Positions 1 through 9,187 of a DNA stretch of 64,000 nucleotides are shown here, piece after piece (position 1 is the stretch's first letter; each line of letters begins with the position of its first letter). Position numbers and translations under genes: made by a program. This DNA is from Armatimonadota bacterium (GTDB lineage Bacteria; Armatimonadota; Fimbriimonadia; Fimbriimonadales; ATM1). The notes beneath the pieces are model-generated. The model was not told the DNA's origin and ran no database searches. It saw only the letters and a list, made by a program, of their open reading frames with translations. Location: assembly GCA_040289295.1 (NCBI GenBank), contig PSLA01000001.1:33287-97286 (forward strand), written 5' to 3'.

Positions 1-591
1 GCGCAGTAGCGCCAGGAGGATGACCAACAGGAGCGCATCGTGCCGCGCGAGAAACGCGAGGCCTAGGAGCACCGAGCAGAGCGTCCACCTCTCCGCTTGG
101 AAGGCAACGAGAGCGAAGCAAACCAGGGTAATCGCCATCGCAGTTTCCATGCCCGATGTGAAGTACACGGCGGGGAACAGTGCCACGGTGCCACCGATCG
201 CAGCGCCAAGCATCGCCCCAGCGGTTCGCCTGCGACCCAGCAAGAGGAGATAGACAGACAGCAACAGCAGCGGAGTCCAGCCGACGTGCAAAGCCTTCGC
301 TGCAATGACCGGGGCGTCGGAGGTTGGCGCGCCGAACAAGCTGCTAACGAACGCGACAAGAGCTATGAGCAGCAGGTTCAAAGGCGAGGTAACGACCTGC
401 ACAGGCGGAAGGCCAGGGTTATAGTACGGTCCGTTGCCTTCGAGCCAGTGTCTCACAACGCGCAAAAGGATGTAGGCGTCGTCGCTCATCGCGTTCCTGG
501 TGTTCCACCCAGCGACGATGCCGGCTCCGACGATCAACAAAGGAGGTGCCCAAAGAACAAGGCGCGAAACGGAAGATTCCTTAGCGGACAT
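1..591 (-). CDS. Polytopic membrane protein, N-terminal part (GT-C-like glycosyltransferase candidate); continues beyond position 1
   Basis: My own reverse-strand translation gives ATG at 591-589 followed by 197 stop-free codons to the window edge (MSAKESSVSRLVLWAPPLLIVGAGIVAGWNTRNAMSDDAYILLRVV...). There are several hydrophobic segments and an early DDAY motif after TM1, as in GT-C enzymes. It is absent from the ORF track because it is truncated. It overlaps the downstream gene by 11 nt. Confidence 0.5.
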   Translation of the reverse strand, partial: MSAKESSVSRLVLWAPPLLIVGAGIVAGWNTRNAMSDDAYILLRVVRHWLEGNGPYYNPGLPPVQVVTSPLNLLLIALVAFVSSLFGAPTSDAPVIAAKALHVGWTPLLLLSVYLLLLGRRRTAGAMLGAAIGGTVALFPAVYFTSGMETAMAITLVCFALVAFQAERWTLCSVLLGLAFLARHDALLLVILLALLR

Positions 592-1012
592 CAGCGTGAA
601 GCAGCAAGCCGAAGAGGGCAACTAAGAAGTACGGAACGAGCCCGGCGGCTCCCGCGTAGTCCCGGGCCATCCGCTGGCCGGCAAAAAGCGACAGCAAGGT
701 AATCCCCGCTGCAGCGAGTGCGGCGAGCGCAGTATCTCGTGCATCGCCCAATAGGAACTGCACAGCGGCGACGGCGGACAGCGCCCCAGTGCCAACCTCC
801 ATGACGGTCAATATCGGTAACAGCACTGGCACAAGCGGCGCAAGAGGCGAGGAGGCGAAGTGCTCCTTGTGGTACTGGAAGTTGCCCTTCCAATCGAACA
901 CCTTGTCCAGCCCCGACTGCAAGAAGAGCACAGCGAAGAAACCGAGCACGAACCACTGAGCCCATTCCAGCGCAGAGCCGACGTCCAAAGCCCCAACTAC
1001 CATGAGACGCAT
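581..1012 (-). CDS. DoxX-like small membrane protein
   Basis: 143 aa with 4 predicted TM segments. The motif FLQSGLDKVFDWKGNFQYHKEHF resembles DoxX-family proteins. Confidence 0.55.
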   Translation of the reverse strand: MRLMVVGALDVGSALEWAQWFVLGFFAVLFLQSGLDKVFDWKGNFQYHKEHFASSPLAPLVPVLLPILTVMEVGTGALSAVAAVQFLLGDARDTALAALAAAGITLLSLFAGQRMARDYAGAAGLVPYFLVALFGLLLHADVR

Positions 1013-1087
1013 TCTGGCGCAATCGGGAATGCGGTGGCGGTTGTCCTCTCAAAAGGTGTGACCTAGCCGGTTCTTCTGGACGTCTTT

Positions 1088-1465
1088 ATGGTAAGACAAA
1101 GAGTTCAGGCAAGGGCATGCGAAATGTATCATCGAACCATCATCCTGTATGGCCGGACGGAAGAGGCAGCGCCGGACGACAGTGGCTCAGTCGTAGTCTC
1201 ATGGAAGGAGGCAGTCAACTTCTCCGACATGGCGCCGCACATGCTGGCAGGCGAGTATGAGAGCGCAGTCGTCGTGCCGGTCAACTCGACATACGGCAAC
1301 GACAAGGGCGCGTGCGTTCGCATAACGGTTGATCACGCAAAGACGAACTTCAAGGGGTTCACTGCGACTCTGTGGCTGGGGGACCGGCGGCTCGCTGCGG
1401 AGGACGGCCTGACGGTTGCGTTCGACTGGGTCGCCTTCGTGCCCTGCGCTGAGTCGCTGGCGTAG
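1088..1465 (+). CDS. Hypothetical protein (possible lectin-like beta domain)
   Basis: 125-aa ORF with GC3-rich, coding-like codon usage. The true start may be the internal Met (MYHRT). No confident family assignment. Confidence 0.4.
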   Translation: MVRQRVQARACEMYHRTIILYGRTEEAAPDDSGSVVVSWKEAVNFSDMAPHMLAGEYESAVVVPVNSTYGNDKGACVRITVDHAKTNFKGFTATLWLGDRRLAAEDGLTVAFDWVAFVPCAESLA

Positions 1466-1505
1466 GGGCAACGAACGGCGTGAACGATCTAAACTGTGCG
1501 CACTC

Positions 1506-2972
1506 GTGACCGAGGTCAAGCGCACCGCCATCAAGGGTTTCGGTTGGCAAACATCCGGCGTCTTCGTGCAGAACGGCGTTCAGTTTCTTCTTTCTCTGGT
1601 CTTTGCACGCTTGCTACTTCGCGAGGAGTACGGCGTCGCGATGGTCGCGTTCACGGTTGCGGAACTTGCCTCGCTGCTGCGCGTAGCGGGCCTTGCACAG
1701 GCTTGCATCGCTTCCCCTCGCTCGGACGAAGAGGTGCGCGACACAGCCTTTTGGCTCGCCCAGGGGTCGGGCCTTCTGTACGGGGCTGTGTTGTTTTTCG
1801 GCGCAGACTTGTTTTCGGATGTCTTGGGCGCTTCGGGGTCGGCTCCACTGTTGCGCGCGCTTTCGCTGGTGCAAGTGGTGGACTCGTTCCGCGTTGTACC
1901 GTTTGCACTGCTGATGCGCCACTTGCGTTACCGAGACAACGCGATCTGCGAGGCGGTTCCTTTTGTCGTAGGCGCCGCAGTTGCGTTTGGGCTGGCAGTC
2001 GCACTGGACAGCAGCCATCGAATCTGGGCGCTCATGGCTATGCCGCTCACGCGGATCGTGGTTCAAGCGGCGCTGTTCAACTGGTTCCAGCCGGGCATCC
2101 CACGTGGCTGGCTCGATCGGAAGGTCGCGCGTGAGCTGTCCGTGTCCGGATATACGATCCTCGGGTCGAACCTGCCGAGCAGTCTTCTCGAGCTAGTGCC
2201 AACGCTGGCGGTTCAGCAACGCGCGGGCGAGGTTGCGGCTGGGGCATTCCGGATAGGCAACAACCTTATGGCCCCGGCTGTGCGTATTGGGCACACTGCG
2301 AACTATACGCTCTTTCCGATCCTCGCGAAGTTCCGCAACGACCTGGAGCGGCTGCAGCGATCCATCCTACGCTCGATGAGGACCATCGGCGCACTGGCGA
2401 TGGGAATCCTTGCTTGGGCGTGGGTGACGGCGCCGGACTTAGTGCCCCTGCTCTTCGGCAAGGCGTGGCTGAACGCGGTGCCTGCAGCCCAATGGCTGGC
2501 TGCCGCGAGCGCCTTGCGACTCTGCACCTACATCGGCACGAACGCGTTGCTTGCAACGGGACGAGAGCGCGCTTCCCTTGTGGTCTGGACGGGCAGTCTC
2601 GTAATCGGTATCGGCGCGCTTTACGCGTTACCCATGGTGGCCGAAGACCCAACGCCTGGCGCGGTTGCGCTCGCAATCGCGACCGGTGCCGGCTTCCTAC
2701 TGAGCGTAGGAGCGCTTGCGCTTGCACTCCAGTTGCGCCCGTTGGACGTGGTGATAGCTCTCGCGCCGGCACTGGTCTCCGGCTGCGCAGGAATCGGGCT
2801 CGGGTATGGCGCAGGTGCGCTCTTCGGCACAGATGCCGGATGGTTGCACCTCTTGGCCGTAACCGTAGGGTTCGCCACGGGCTTCCTGCCGATTTGCGGT
2901 GTCTTGCTGGGAGGAAAACCGCACTCTCTGCTCACCTTACGCGGAATCAAGCAGGTGATTCAGCGGAACTGA
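1506..2972 (+). CDS. Polysaccharide/oligosaccharide flippase (Wzx/MOP superfamily)
   Basis: About 488 aa and polytopic. The N-terminus VKRTAIKGFGWQTSGVFVQNGVQFLLSLVFARLLLREEYG is typical of Wzx-type flippases. I chose the GTG start at 1506, in frame within track ORF 1416..2972. Confidence 0.7.
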   Translation: MTEVKRTAIKGFGWQTSGVFVQNGVQFLLSLVFARLLLREEYGVAMVAFTVAELASLLRVAGLAQACIASPRSDEEVRDTAFWLAQGSGLLYGAVLFFGADLFSDVLGASGSAPLLRALSLVQVVDSFRVVPFALLMRHLRYRDNAICEAVPFVVGAAVAFGLAVALDSSHRIWALMAMPLTRIVVQAALFNWFQPGIPRGWLDRKVARELSVSGYTILGSNLPSSLLELVPTLAVQQRAGEVAAGAFRIGNNLMAPAVRIGHTANYTLFPILAKFRNDLERLQRSILRSMRTIGALAMGILAWAWVTAPDLVPLLFGKAWLNAVPAAQWLAAASALRLCTYIGTNALLATGRERASLVVWTGSLVIGIGALYALPMVAEDPTPGAVALAIATGAGFLLSVGALALALQLRPLDVVIALAPALVSGCAGIGLGYGAGALFGTDAGWLHLLAVTVGFATGFLPICGVLLGGKPHSLLTLRGIKQVIQRN

Positions 2973-3097
2973 GGCGTTCGAACCTCCGAGGGAAAGACGG
3001 GCGAAAGGCGGGCGTGGTCGGCCAACGCCGCATGGGCTCCGAGCCGCTCGCCCATGCCACACCATCCGAACGTCCATAATAGTAAAGGAGCGCGAAG

Positions 3098-4027
3098 ATG
3101 AACAACTGTGCCCGCTGTGGCTATTCCTTGGCGCAAGGCGCCGCCTTCTGCCCTCAATGCGGAACCCCGCCAGCCGTGCGGCCTGACCGCCGACTGCACG
3201 TGCTCAGCGTGGTCGTTGGGCTATTGATCCTCGCAGCGCTTGCGTTTACGGTACAGAAGGCGGGAGTGTTGCACCTTTTTGGCGGCTCACAAGCATCGCT
3301 AGGCAAGGGCTCCGGAGCGTACCCCTCGCTGGCGCTGGGCGGGGAGGGCGGGCCAAGCGTCGCGAAGCCGGGCGATGCGCCGCCGTCCCTCACACTGCCC
3401 GGCGAGCCTTCCTCAGGCATCGGGCGCAACAAGCAAAGCATGCCGGACGACGTTAGAGCCTGGCTGGATCATTTGAAGCGAATTGACCGACGGCGCGAGC
3501 GGCTAAACGAGGACCTCGCAAAGGAAGCAATGGACATGATGGGCTCCCTGCACCCAGGGATGTTCGCCGAGACGGAGTCAGACGCAGCCACGCGGGATGA
3601 CAGTCGAAGGCGAGGAACCGCAGCAGAGTTTATAAAGAGGGTGAACGAAACATTCGCCGCCCTCACACGCGACTTTCAAAATCTGCCACCCCCCGACGAA
3701 TGTCGCCGGATCGCCGCCGAGTACAACGACGCCCTGCTCGGCACGAGAGAGTTGATGTCCGACATAATTCGGGCTTTGGAGGAGTTGAGTATCCAGAGGG
3801 CGGCCACACTCGAGGGCAAGAGCCTGAGCCGCGTTGACAGGCCCGTACAAAACGCGAACGAACTAATCGAGGCGCTGTGCAAAAAGTATGAGGAACCAAA
3901 CGTATGGCGCCTCTTCGTCGAGCGCGGCAGCGGCCTTGCCTCCGGGATGGGCGCTGCCGCGGCGCTGGAAAGTTATGGCAAATTGCTTGAGAACGTTGAC
4001 AAGTGGGCGAACGACGGCGGCGGATAG
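3098..4027 (+). CDS. Zinc-ribbon membrane-anchored protein of unknown function
   Basis: N-terminal CxxC...CxxC (MNNCARCGYSLAQGAAFCPQCG) followed by one TM helix (VLSVVVGLLILAALAF). AAAGGAG lies upstream of the ATG. Confidence 0.6.
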   Translation: MNNCARCGYSLAQGAAFCPQCGTPPAVRPDRRLHVLSVVVGLLILAALAFTVQKAGVLHLFGGSQASLGKGSGAYPSLALGGEGGPSVAKPGDAPPSLTLPGEPSSGIGRNKQSMPDDVRAWLDHLKRIDRRRERLNEDLAKEAMDMMGSLHPGMFAETESDAATRDDSRRRGTAAEFIKRVNETFAALTRDFQNLPPPDECRRIAAEYNDALLGTRELMSDIIRALEELSIQRAATLEGKSLSRVDRPVQNANELIEALCKKYEEPNVWRLFVERGSGLASGMGAAAALESYGKLLENVDKWANDGGG

Positions 4028-4076
4028 GGGCAGCGCTTTCGGTTGGCCTCAGCCCATCGCGCTAAAATGCGGCGAT

Positions 4077-5468
4077 GTGGAGACCCAAAAAATCTACAAC
4101 ACCCTCACGCGAAGCCTCGTTGACTTTATACCGCGTGACCCAAACCGCGTAACCATCTACTCCTGCGGTTTAACGCCACAAGCGCCGGCCCACTTAGGTC
4201 ACATGCGCGGTGCAGTGCTCTTCGACGTGGTCAGACGGTGGTTCGAGTACAAAGGGTTTACCGTAGATTTCGTCCAGAACTTCACCGACATTGACGACAA
4301 GATTATTCGGAGAAGTCAAGAGGAGGGCATCCCGCCCGCCGAGGTTGCCAAGAAGTACGGCGAACAGTACCTTGATGACCTCGCCGCGCTTGGCGTTCGC
4401 CCAGCCCGTTGGGTGTACGTCACCGAGAACATGGACGCCATCATCGAGATGATCGAGCGAATCGTCGAGCGTGGCAACGCCTATGTCGTTGATGGGGATG
4501 TTTATTTCCGAGTTACCTCACTTCCGGGGTATGGAAAGTTGAGCAACCGCTCGCTTGAAAGCATGCAGGCTGGCGCGCGCATCGAAGTGGACGAGCGCAA
4601 AGAACACCCGATGGACTTCGCACTGTGGAAAGCTGCCAAACCCGGAGAGCCATCCTGGAAAAGCCCGTGGGGACCGGGCCGACCCGGATGGCACATCGAG
4701 TGCTCCGCACTCTCTCTAAAAGAGCTTGGCCCGAACTTCGACATCCACGCAGGCGGCACGGACCTAATCTTTCCCCACCATGAGAACGAGATAGCCCAGT
4801 CCGAGGCGTACCTTGGCAAACCGGAGTTCGCCCGGATCTGGATGCACTGGGGCGCGGTGAGAATGTCGGGCGACAAGATGAGCAAGTCTTTCGGTAACGT
4901 TTTCAACGCTCGAGACGCGATTACCAGGTACGGTCCAGCTGCCGTACGGCTTTTCCTGCTCGGCACAGGGTACCGCTCGCCTATCGAGTTCTCCGAGGAG
5001 CGCCTTGACCAGGCACAGGCGGTCGTCTCTCGCATCAATGCAGCCCTCGGACGCGCGCGGAGCGCTTTGGGGCCTGAGGCGGATGCCAAGCCCGCGTCCG
5101 ACGTCATAGCCCGCTTCGAGGCAGCGATGCTCGCTGATTTCAACACTCCTGCCGCTTTCGCCGTGCTCCACGACGCCATCGGCGAGATGAACGACCTGCT
5201 TGCGTCGGGGGCCCAAGTGGATTCTGCTCGGCTCGCCTCACTGTACTCTGCCGCTCGCTGGGTCGTCAATCACCTGGGACTTCCGCTCGACCAGGATGAT
5301 GTCGAGGCTGGATTTGTTGAAGAACTGATGGCAAAAGTGCTAAAATGGAGGCAAGCGTTGCGTGAACAGAAGCTGTTCGCTCTCGCCGACCAGGTTAGGG
5401 ATGACCTGGCAGAACTGGGCATCGTCCTGGAGGATGGAGTCGAAGGAACGACATGGCGAAGAAAGTGA
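4077..5468 (+). CDS. cysS: Cysteinyl-tRNA synthetase
   Basis: HIGH-type motif (PAHLGHMRG), KMSKS motif and WHIECS zinc site. I chose the GTG start at 4077 (VETQKIYNTLTR), in frame within track ORF 3888..5468. The upstream extension overlaps the previous gene. Confidence 0.93.
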   Translation: METQKIYNTLTRSLVDFIPRDPNRVTIYSCGLTPQAPAHLGHMRGAVLFDVVRRWFEYKGFTVDFVQNFTDIDDKIIRRSQEEGIPPAEVAKKYGEQYLDDLAALGVRPARWVYVTENMDAIIEMIERIVERGNAYVVDGDVYFRVTSLPGYGKLSNRSLESMQAGARIEVDERKEHPMDFALWKAAKPGEPSWKSPWGPGRPGWHIECSALSLKELGPNFDIHAGGTDLIFPHHENEIAQSEAYLGKPEFARIWMHWGAVRMSGDKMSKSFGNVFNARDAITRYGPAAVRLFLLGTGYRSPIEFSEERLDQAQAVVSRINAALGRARSALGPEADAKPASDVIARFEAAMLADFNTPAAFAVLHDAIGEMNDLLASGAQVDSARLASLYSAARWVVNHLGLPLDQDDVEAGFVEELMAKVLKWRQALREQKLFALADQVRDDLAELGIVLEDGVEGTTWRRK

Positions 5469-6937
5469 ACCGAATAAGAAGGGCGTTTTCTCTTGTACTT
5501 TTCCTTCTTCTCGTGGCAACGGCTGGCACGATGACAGTCGTATCCCTGCTGGCACCGAGGGCAGCTCCCGGGACCACGTTCGCGGGTATGAGCCTTGATG
5601 GGATGACTCGCCAGGAGGTGCTTCGCGCTTTTGAACGCTGGTGGGAGGCGGACCGGCAACGTATTATAACACTGGAAAGCCACTTGCTTTCGAAGAACCC
5701 TCCTCCACAGGCACTTGAGACGCTGGGGGTGGAACCTGATTTCGAGGCCATGCTGGACCAGATCCCCTTCGTCTCGGCTTTGGGAAGCTGGATCGCCAGC
5801 CACCCATCTGCCACGAACGTGCATCCTCGGTACAAGCCAGCAGAACCGAAAGCCGAAGGCCTTGCGCAATTCGTCTCTGAGCATGCGCTACCCAAGCAAC
5901 CTGCCCGCGTCTTTTACCGCGACGGAAGAATCGTTCGGCAGTACGAGGCCACTTCTTTCGAGTTCAATGTCAACTTGCTTGCTGAACGAGCAGTCGCGAT
6001 GGCGAACAAAGGAGGGGAACGAATGGAGCTGCCCGTGCGCGCGACCGATCCTCGCGTCCCGAGGGAATCGGTGGACTCCATTGCGGAAGTCATGGCGAGC
6101 TTCACGACCAGGTTCAACGCTGGACAGGTAAGTCGCTCGAGCAACATCCGCCTCGCTGCGGACAGACTGAACGGCATCGTGCTCATGCCCGGCGACGTGC
6201 TCAGTTACAACGAAACAGTTGGCAGGCGCACCACATCGCGAGGCTTCAAGCCAGCGGGAGTCTACGCGAACGGACGACACGGCGTGGACTATGGTGGTGG
6301 CATTTGCCAAGTGAGCACAACGCTCTTCAATGCTGCCTTGCTGGCGAACCTCAAAGTTGTATCACGGCAGAACCACTCTATGCCTGTGCCGTATGTGCCG
6401 GTCGGCCGCGACGCAACCGTTGACTACGGCAGCATTGATTTGAAGATACAGAATCCATTCGACCATCCGATCGCCATTTGCTCCGAGGTGAAGGGCGGGA
6501 AGGTCACCTTCTGGGTGCTTGGGCGCAAGGCCCCCGAGTTGAGTGTGTCCCTCGTCGTAGACGGCCATTCGTCGTGGGGCCCAACGGTTCGGTACATTGA
6601 CGACCCTTCGCTCGAACCTGGCACGACCGTTGTCGTTGAACCGGGTAGTACCGGACGGCGCTGCGTCACGTGGCGGCTGGTGATGCGACACGGCAAGGTC
6701 GTTGCCCGCGAAAAGATCGCCGAGAGCGTCTACCGCGCGTGGCCGAGAATCGTGCGACGGGGCCCCCGCGCACCGACACCCGTTGCTAACCCGGCCGACG
6801 GCGCAGAACACGCGACAACACCGCCCCTCACCCCCGACCCCTCTCCCGACGGGAGAGGGGAGCAAGCCCACCTAACGCATCTCGGCAATAAGGTCGGCGT
6901 AACGCTCCCGCACGACGCGACGCTTCACCTTCATTGA
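5453..6937 (+). CDS. VanW-family protein with N-terminal membrane anchor and G5-like C-terminal domain
   Basis: VanW core motif GGGICQVSTTLFNAALLANL and N-terminal TM segment FSLVLFLLLVATAG. The last ~35 codons run through repeat copy 6824..6860 and overlap the convergent gene by 66 nt. Confidence 0.8.
   Translation: MAKKVNRIRRAFSLVLFLLLVATAGTMTVVSLLAPRAAPGTTFAGMSLDGMTRQEVLRAFERWWEADRQRIITLESHLLSKNPPPQALETLGVEPDFEAMLDQIPFVSALGSWIASHPSATNVHPRYKPAEPKAEGLAQFVSEHALPKQPARVFYRDGRIVRQYEATSFEFNVNLLAERAVAMANKGGERMELPVRATDPRVPRESVDSIAEVMASFTTRFNAGQVSRSSNIRLAADRLNGIVLMPGDVLSYNETVGRRTTSRGFKPAGVYANGRHGVDYGGGICQVSTTLFNAALLANLKVVSRQNHSMPVPYVPVGRDATVDYGSIDLKIQNPFDHPIAICSEVKGGKVTFWVLGRKAPELSVSLVVDGHSSWGPTVRYIDDPSLEPGTTVVVEPGSTGRRCVTWRLVMRHGKVVAREKIAESVYRAWPRIVRRGPRAPTPVANPADGAEHATTPPLTPDPSPDGRGEQAHLTHLGNKVGVTLPHDATLHLH
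6824..6860 (-). repeat. Family-1 palindromic repeat, copy a (inverted orientation, divergent)
   Basis: CCCCTCACCCCCGACCCCTCTCCCGACGGGAGAGGGG is the reverse complement of the consensus CCCTCTCCC-NNN-GGGAGAGGG-TTGGGGTGAGGG. Confidence 0.85.
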
Positions 6938-8605
6938 GGGCGTCAATTCACCACCCTCGATCGTCCACTCGTCAGGAATCAACCGGAAAGCCTTCACCTT
7001 CTCGAAGTCGGGAAGCGACTGGTTCGCTCTTGCCACGTCCTCTCGGACACGCTTCTGCACGAACGGGGCGGACACGAACGCTTGGCGGTCGTTAAGCGAG
7101 ATGCCGTGCTCCTTCGCCTCCGCGGCGAAGAACTCGACTCGCGGGATGATGAGGGCGCTGACGTGATCCGAGCCGTCGCCAACCACCATACACTCGGCGA
7201 TGCTTGCCTGCGTCTTCAGGATTCCCTCGATCTTCGCAGGCGAGACGTTTTTGCCGTTCAGCAGAACGATGATGTCCTTTTTGCGGTCGGTGATAAAGAT
7301 GCGTCTGCCTTCGAGGTAACCGATGTCGCCGGTGTGAAACCATCCTTCCTCGTCAATCGCCTCTTTCGTGGCGTCGGGCTTGTTAAAGTAGCCATCCATC
7401 AGGCTCGGCCCGCGCACCAGGATTTCACCGTCCTCTGCTATGCGCACCTCGATACCCTCGAGCACCTCGCCCGCCGACCGGTACACGCTCCGGTCAGGAT
7501 AGTTGACGCTGATCACAGGAGCAGTCTCCGTTAGTCCGTAACCCTGTAGGATTAGAATGCCGAACGCCCCGTAGAACTCCGCCAGTTCGGGCGGCAGCGC
7601 GGCGCCGCCCGAGACCAAAAACCGGACCCTTCCGCCAAGCCTTGCGCGTACCTTTTTGCCGACCAAACGATCAAGCACCAAGCCTAACAGCCCGGTAGGG
7701 TTCAAGTTGTTCTCCAGCCGCGTTCGCCCGAGGGCGACTGTCTTGTCGAACAGCCACTTGCGCAGACCATGACCCGCTGACGCCTCGATTCGACTCTTTA
7801 CGCTCTCGAGGAAGCGGGGCACCGTAAGCAGAATCGTGGGAGCGGCAGCTCGTATGTCATCAGCGAGCGTCTTCGGCGAACGCGCATACGCGATAGATGC
7901 GCCGCACGAGACCGGCAGGAAATGGCCCGCCATGCGCTCGTACACGTGCGAAAGCGGAAGGAATGAGCAAAAGCGATCCGTCGCGTCCACGGGGAGTTGC
8001 TCCACGATGGCGTCGCAAAGAAAGGAGAACGCGCGGTGAGTCAGCACGACGCCCTTCGGCTCGCCTGTAGTCCCGCTTGTGTAAATAAGGCTGGCGACAT
8101 CGTCTGCGTTCGTCTTCAGCGCCCGCTCGCGCCATGCTTCGAGGTCCACCCGTTGGTCGAAGCCTTCACGCCCGACCCCACTCCAGGGCGAAGAGGGAGT
8201 TATGCCGCTCATCGGGAGCACGCGCGATTCGCACTCCTCCCGGCCCAGTAGCGCGCACAGCTTCTCGCTTCCGCCGAAAGCAAAGCGCGCCTCGGAGTCT
8301 CGCAGAATGATGCCCGCCTCGTGCGCAGGGAGCGTCGGATAGATCGGCACGGTGATCGCACCGACGCTGAGGATCGCCCAATCGAGCGTCGCCCACTCCA
8401 CGCTGTTCTCTGCCATGATGGCGATCCGGTCGCCCTTTTCAACGCCGAGCAAGCGCAGCCGCGCGGCACAGGACGCGACCCTTCTCTCAGCTTCGGCGTA
8501 CGGGATGCCGCGATAGCCCTCCCCCTCGCGAACGAGCCAACAGTCACGCTCCGCGTGTGCACGACAGGATTCGATGAACATCTGTGGCAGGCTTCTGAAC
8601 GTCAC
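6872..8605 (-). CDS. Long-chain acyl-CoA ligase (AMP-dependent synthetase/ligase)
   Basis: AMP-binding signature LIYTSGTTGEPKGVVLTH, plus GWFHTGDIG and the C-terminal KVKRR lysine motif. 577 aa. Confidence 0.85.
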   Translation of the reverse strand: MTFRSLPQMFIESCRAHAERDCWLVREGEGYRGIPYAEAERRVASCAARLRLLGVEKGDRIAIMAENSVEWATLDWAILSVGAITVPIYPTLPAHEAGIILRDSEARFAFGGSEKLCALLGREECESRVLPMSGITPSSPWSGVGREGFDQRVDLEAWRERALKTNADDVASLIYTSGTTGEPKGVVLTHRAFSFLCDAIVEQLPVDATDRFCSFLPLSHVYERMAGHFLPVSCGASIAYARSPKTLADDIRAAAPTILLTVPRFLESVKSRIEASAGHGLRKWLFDKTVALGRTRLENNLNPTGLLGLVLDRLVGKKVRARLGGRVRFLVSGGAALPPELAEFYGAFGILILQGYGLTETAPVISVNYPDRSVYRSAGEVLEGIEVRIAEDGEILVRGPSLMDGYFNKPDATKEAIDEEGWFHTGDIGYLEGRRIFITDRKKDIIVLLNGKNVSPAKIEGILKTQASIAECMVVGDGSDHVSALIIPRVEFFAAEAKEHGISLNDRQAFVSAPFVQKRVREDVARANQSLPDFEKVKAFRLIPDEWTIEGGELTPSMKVKRRVVRERYADLIAEMR

Positions 8606-8680
8606 TCCGATCTCTCCAATAGATTGCTTTTTACCCAGCGCCGCGCCTGCCTTCGAGTGACGAGGTTCGCCGCGAACCGG

Positions 8681-9187
8681 TTAGAGGTCTATGACGTCCT
8701 TCCTAACCCGTCGCAACCTGAGCAAGCGGAATCGAACCTCACGAATCTCCTCGGACGTCATCGGCCGCCCGAGAATCTTCTCCCCATCCTGCTTCAAAAA
8801 GGCAACCGTGTTGGACCCATCGTCCAGAGCGGCACAGCCCCGGCGAACCAGCTCGTCAACGAGAGGCAGGTAGTTGTGCCGCTTGGTAACAAAGCCGAGT
8901 TTCGGGCGGAGACGACTGAGGGCGGCAGCAACCCGCTCGGTGAGCGCCTCGGTGTCTTCCGCCCCGCGCCATGACTCGGGCAGCGGAGTCATGACGACGG
9001 GCGAAGTGGCGGCGAACGGCCCACGACGGACCACGACCTCAAGTCCGCCGGGCGCCTCGCGCACTTCCAGCGAGATCATGCCGGATCCGAGCCGAGCCGC
9101 CTGGTCCACCACCGGCCGCACGCCTTGCGTGAGAGCGTCGGCTAACTGCTCGAGTGCCTCTTCGTGTTGCGCGTCGTACCGTGCCAT
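8681..9187 (-). CDS. Hypothetical protein
   Basis: I chose the start MARYDAQHEE at 9187, which forms an ATGA overlap with the stop of the upstream permease gene. No recognisable motif. Confidence 0.5.
   Translation of the reverse strand: MARYDAQHEEALEQLADALTQGVRPVVDQAARLGSGMISLEVREAPGGLEVVVRRGPFAATSPVVMTPLPESWRGAEDTEALTERVAAALSRLRPKLGFVTKRHNYLPLVDELVRRGCAALDDGSNTVAFLKQDGEKILGRPMTSEEIREVRFRLLRLRRVRKDVIDL

Noticed and set aside
97-702. 201-aa + strand ORF (and 63..359 on the minus strand) at the left edge
   Set aside because: Arg/Gln/Ser-rich, non-protein-like composition. It lies antisense or out of frame to a clean, stop-free membrane-protein frame (1..591 minus) and to the DoxX-like gene. 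This is a typical GC-rich shadow ORF.
2975-2995. GTTCGAACC motif resembling a tRNA T-arm
   Set aside because: No acceptor stem, D-arm or anticodon arm can be drawn around it.
3030-3057. Hairpin GCATGGGC-N12-GCCCATGC downstream of the flippase gene
   Set aside because: It is a single copy with no T-tract, so it could be fortuitous in GC-rich DNA.
3888-4076. 63-codon N-terminal extension of the cysS track ORF; likewise 44961..45101 (infB), 46302..46397 (nusA) and 51243..51374 (PTPS)
   Set aside because: The extensions overlap upstream genes or repeat units and are not protein-like. Conserved N-termini begin at the internal starts I chose.
8664-8682. Palindrome GGTTCGCCGCGAACCGGTT between the hypothetical gene and the acyl-CoA ligase gene (operator or terminator?)
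   Set aside because: It is short, has a 1-3 nt loop and no U-tract, and occurs once. This is not enough evidence for either function.
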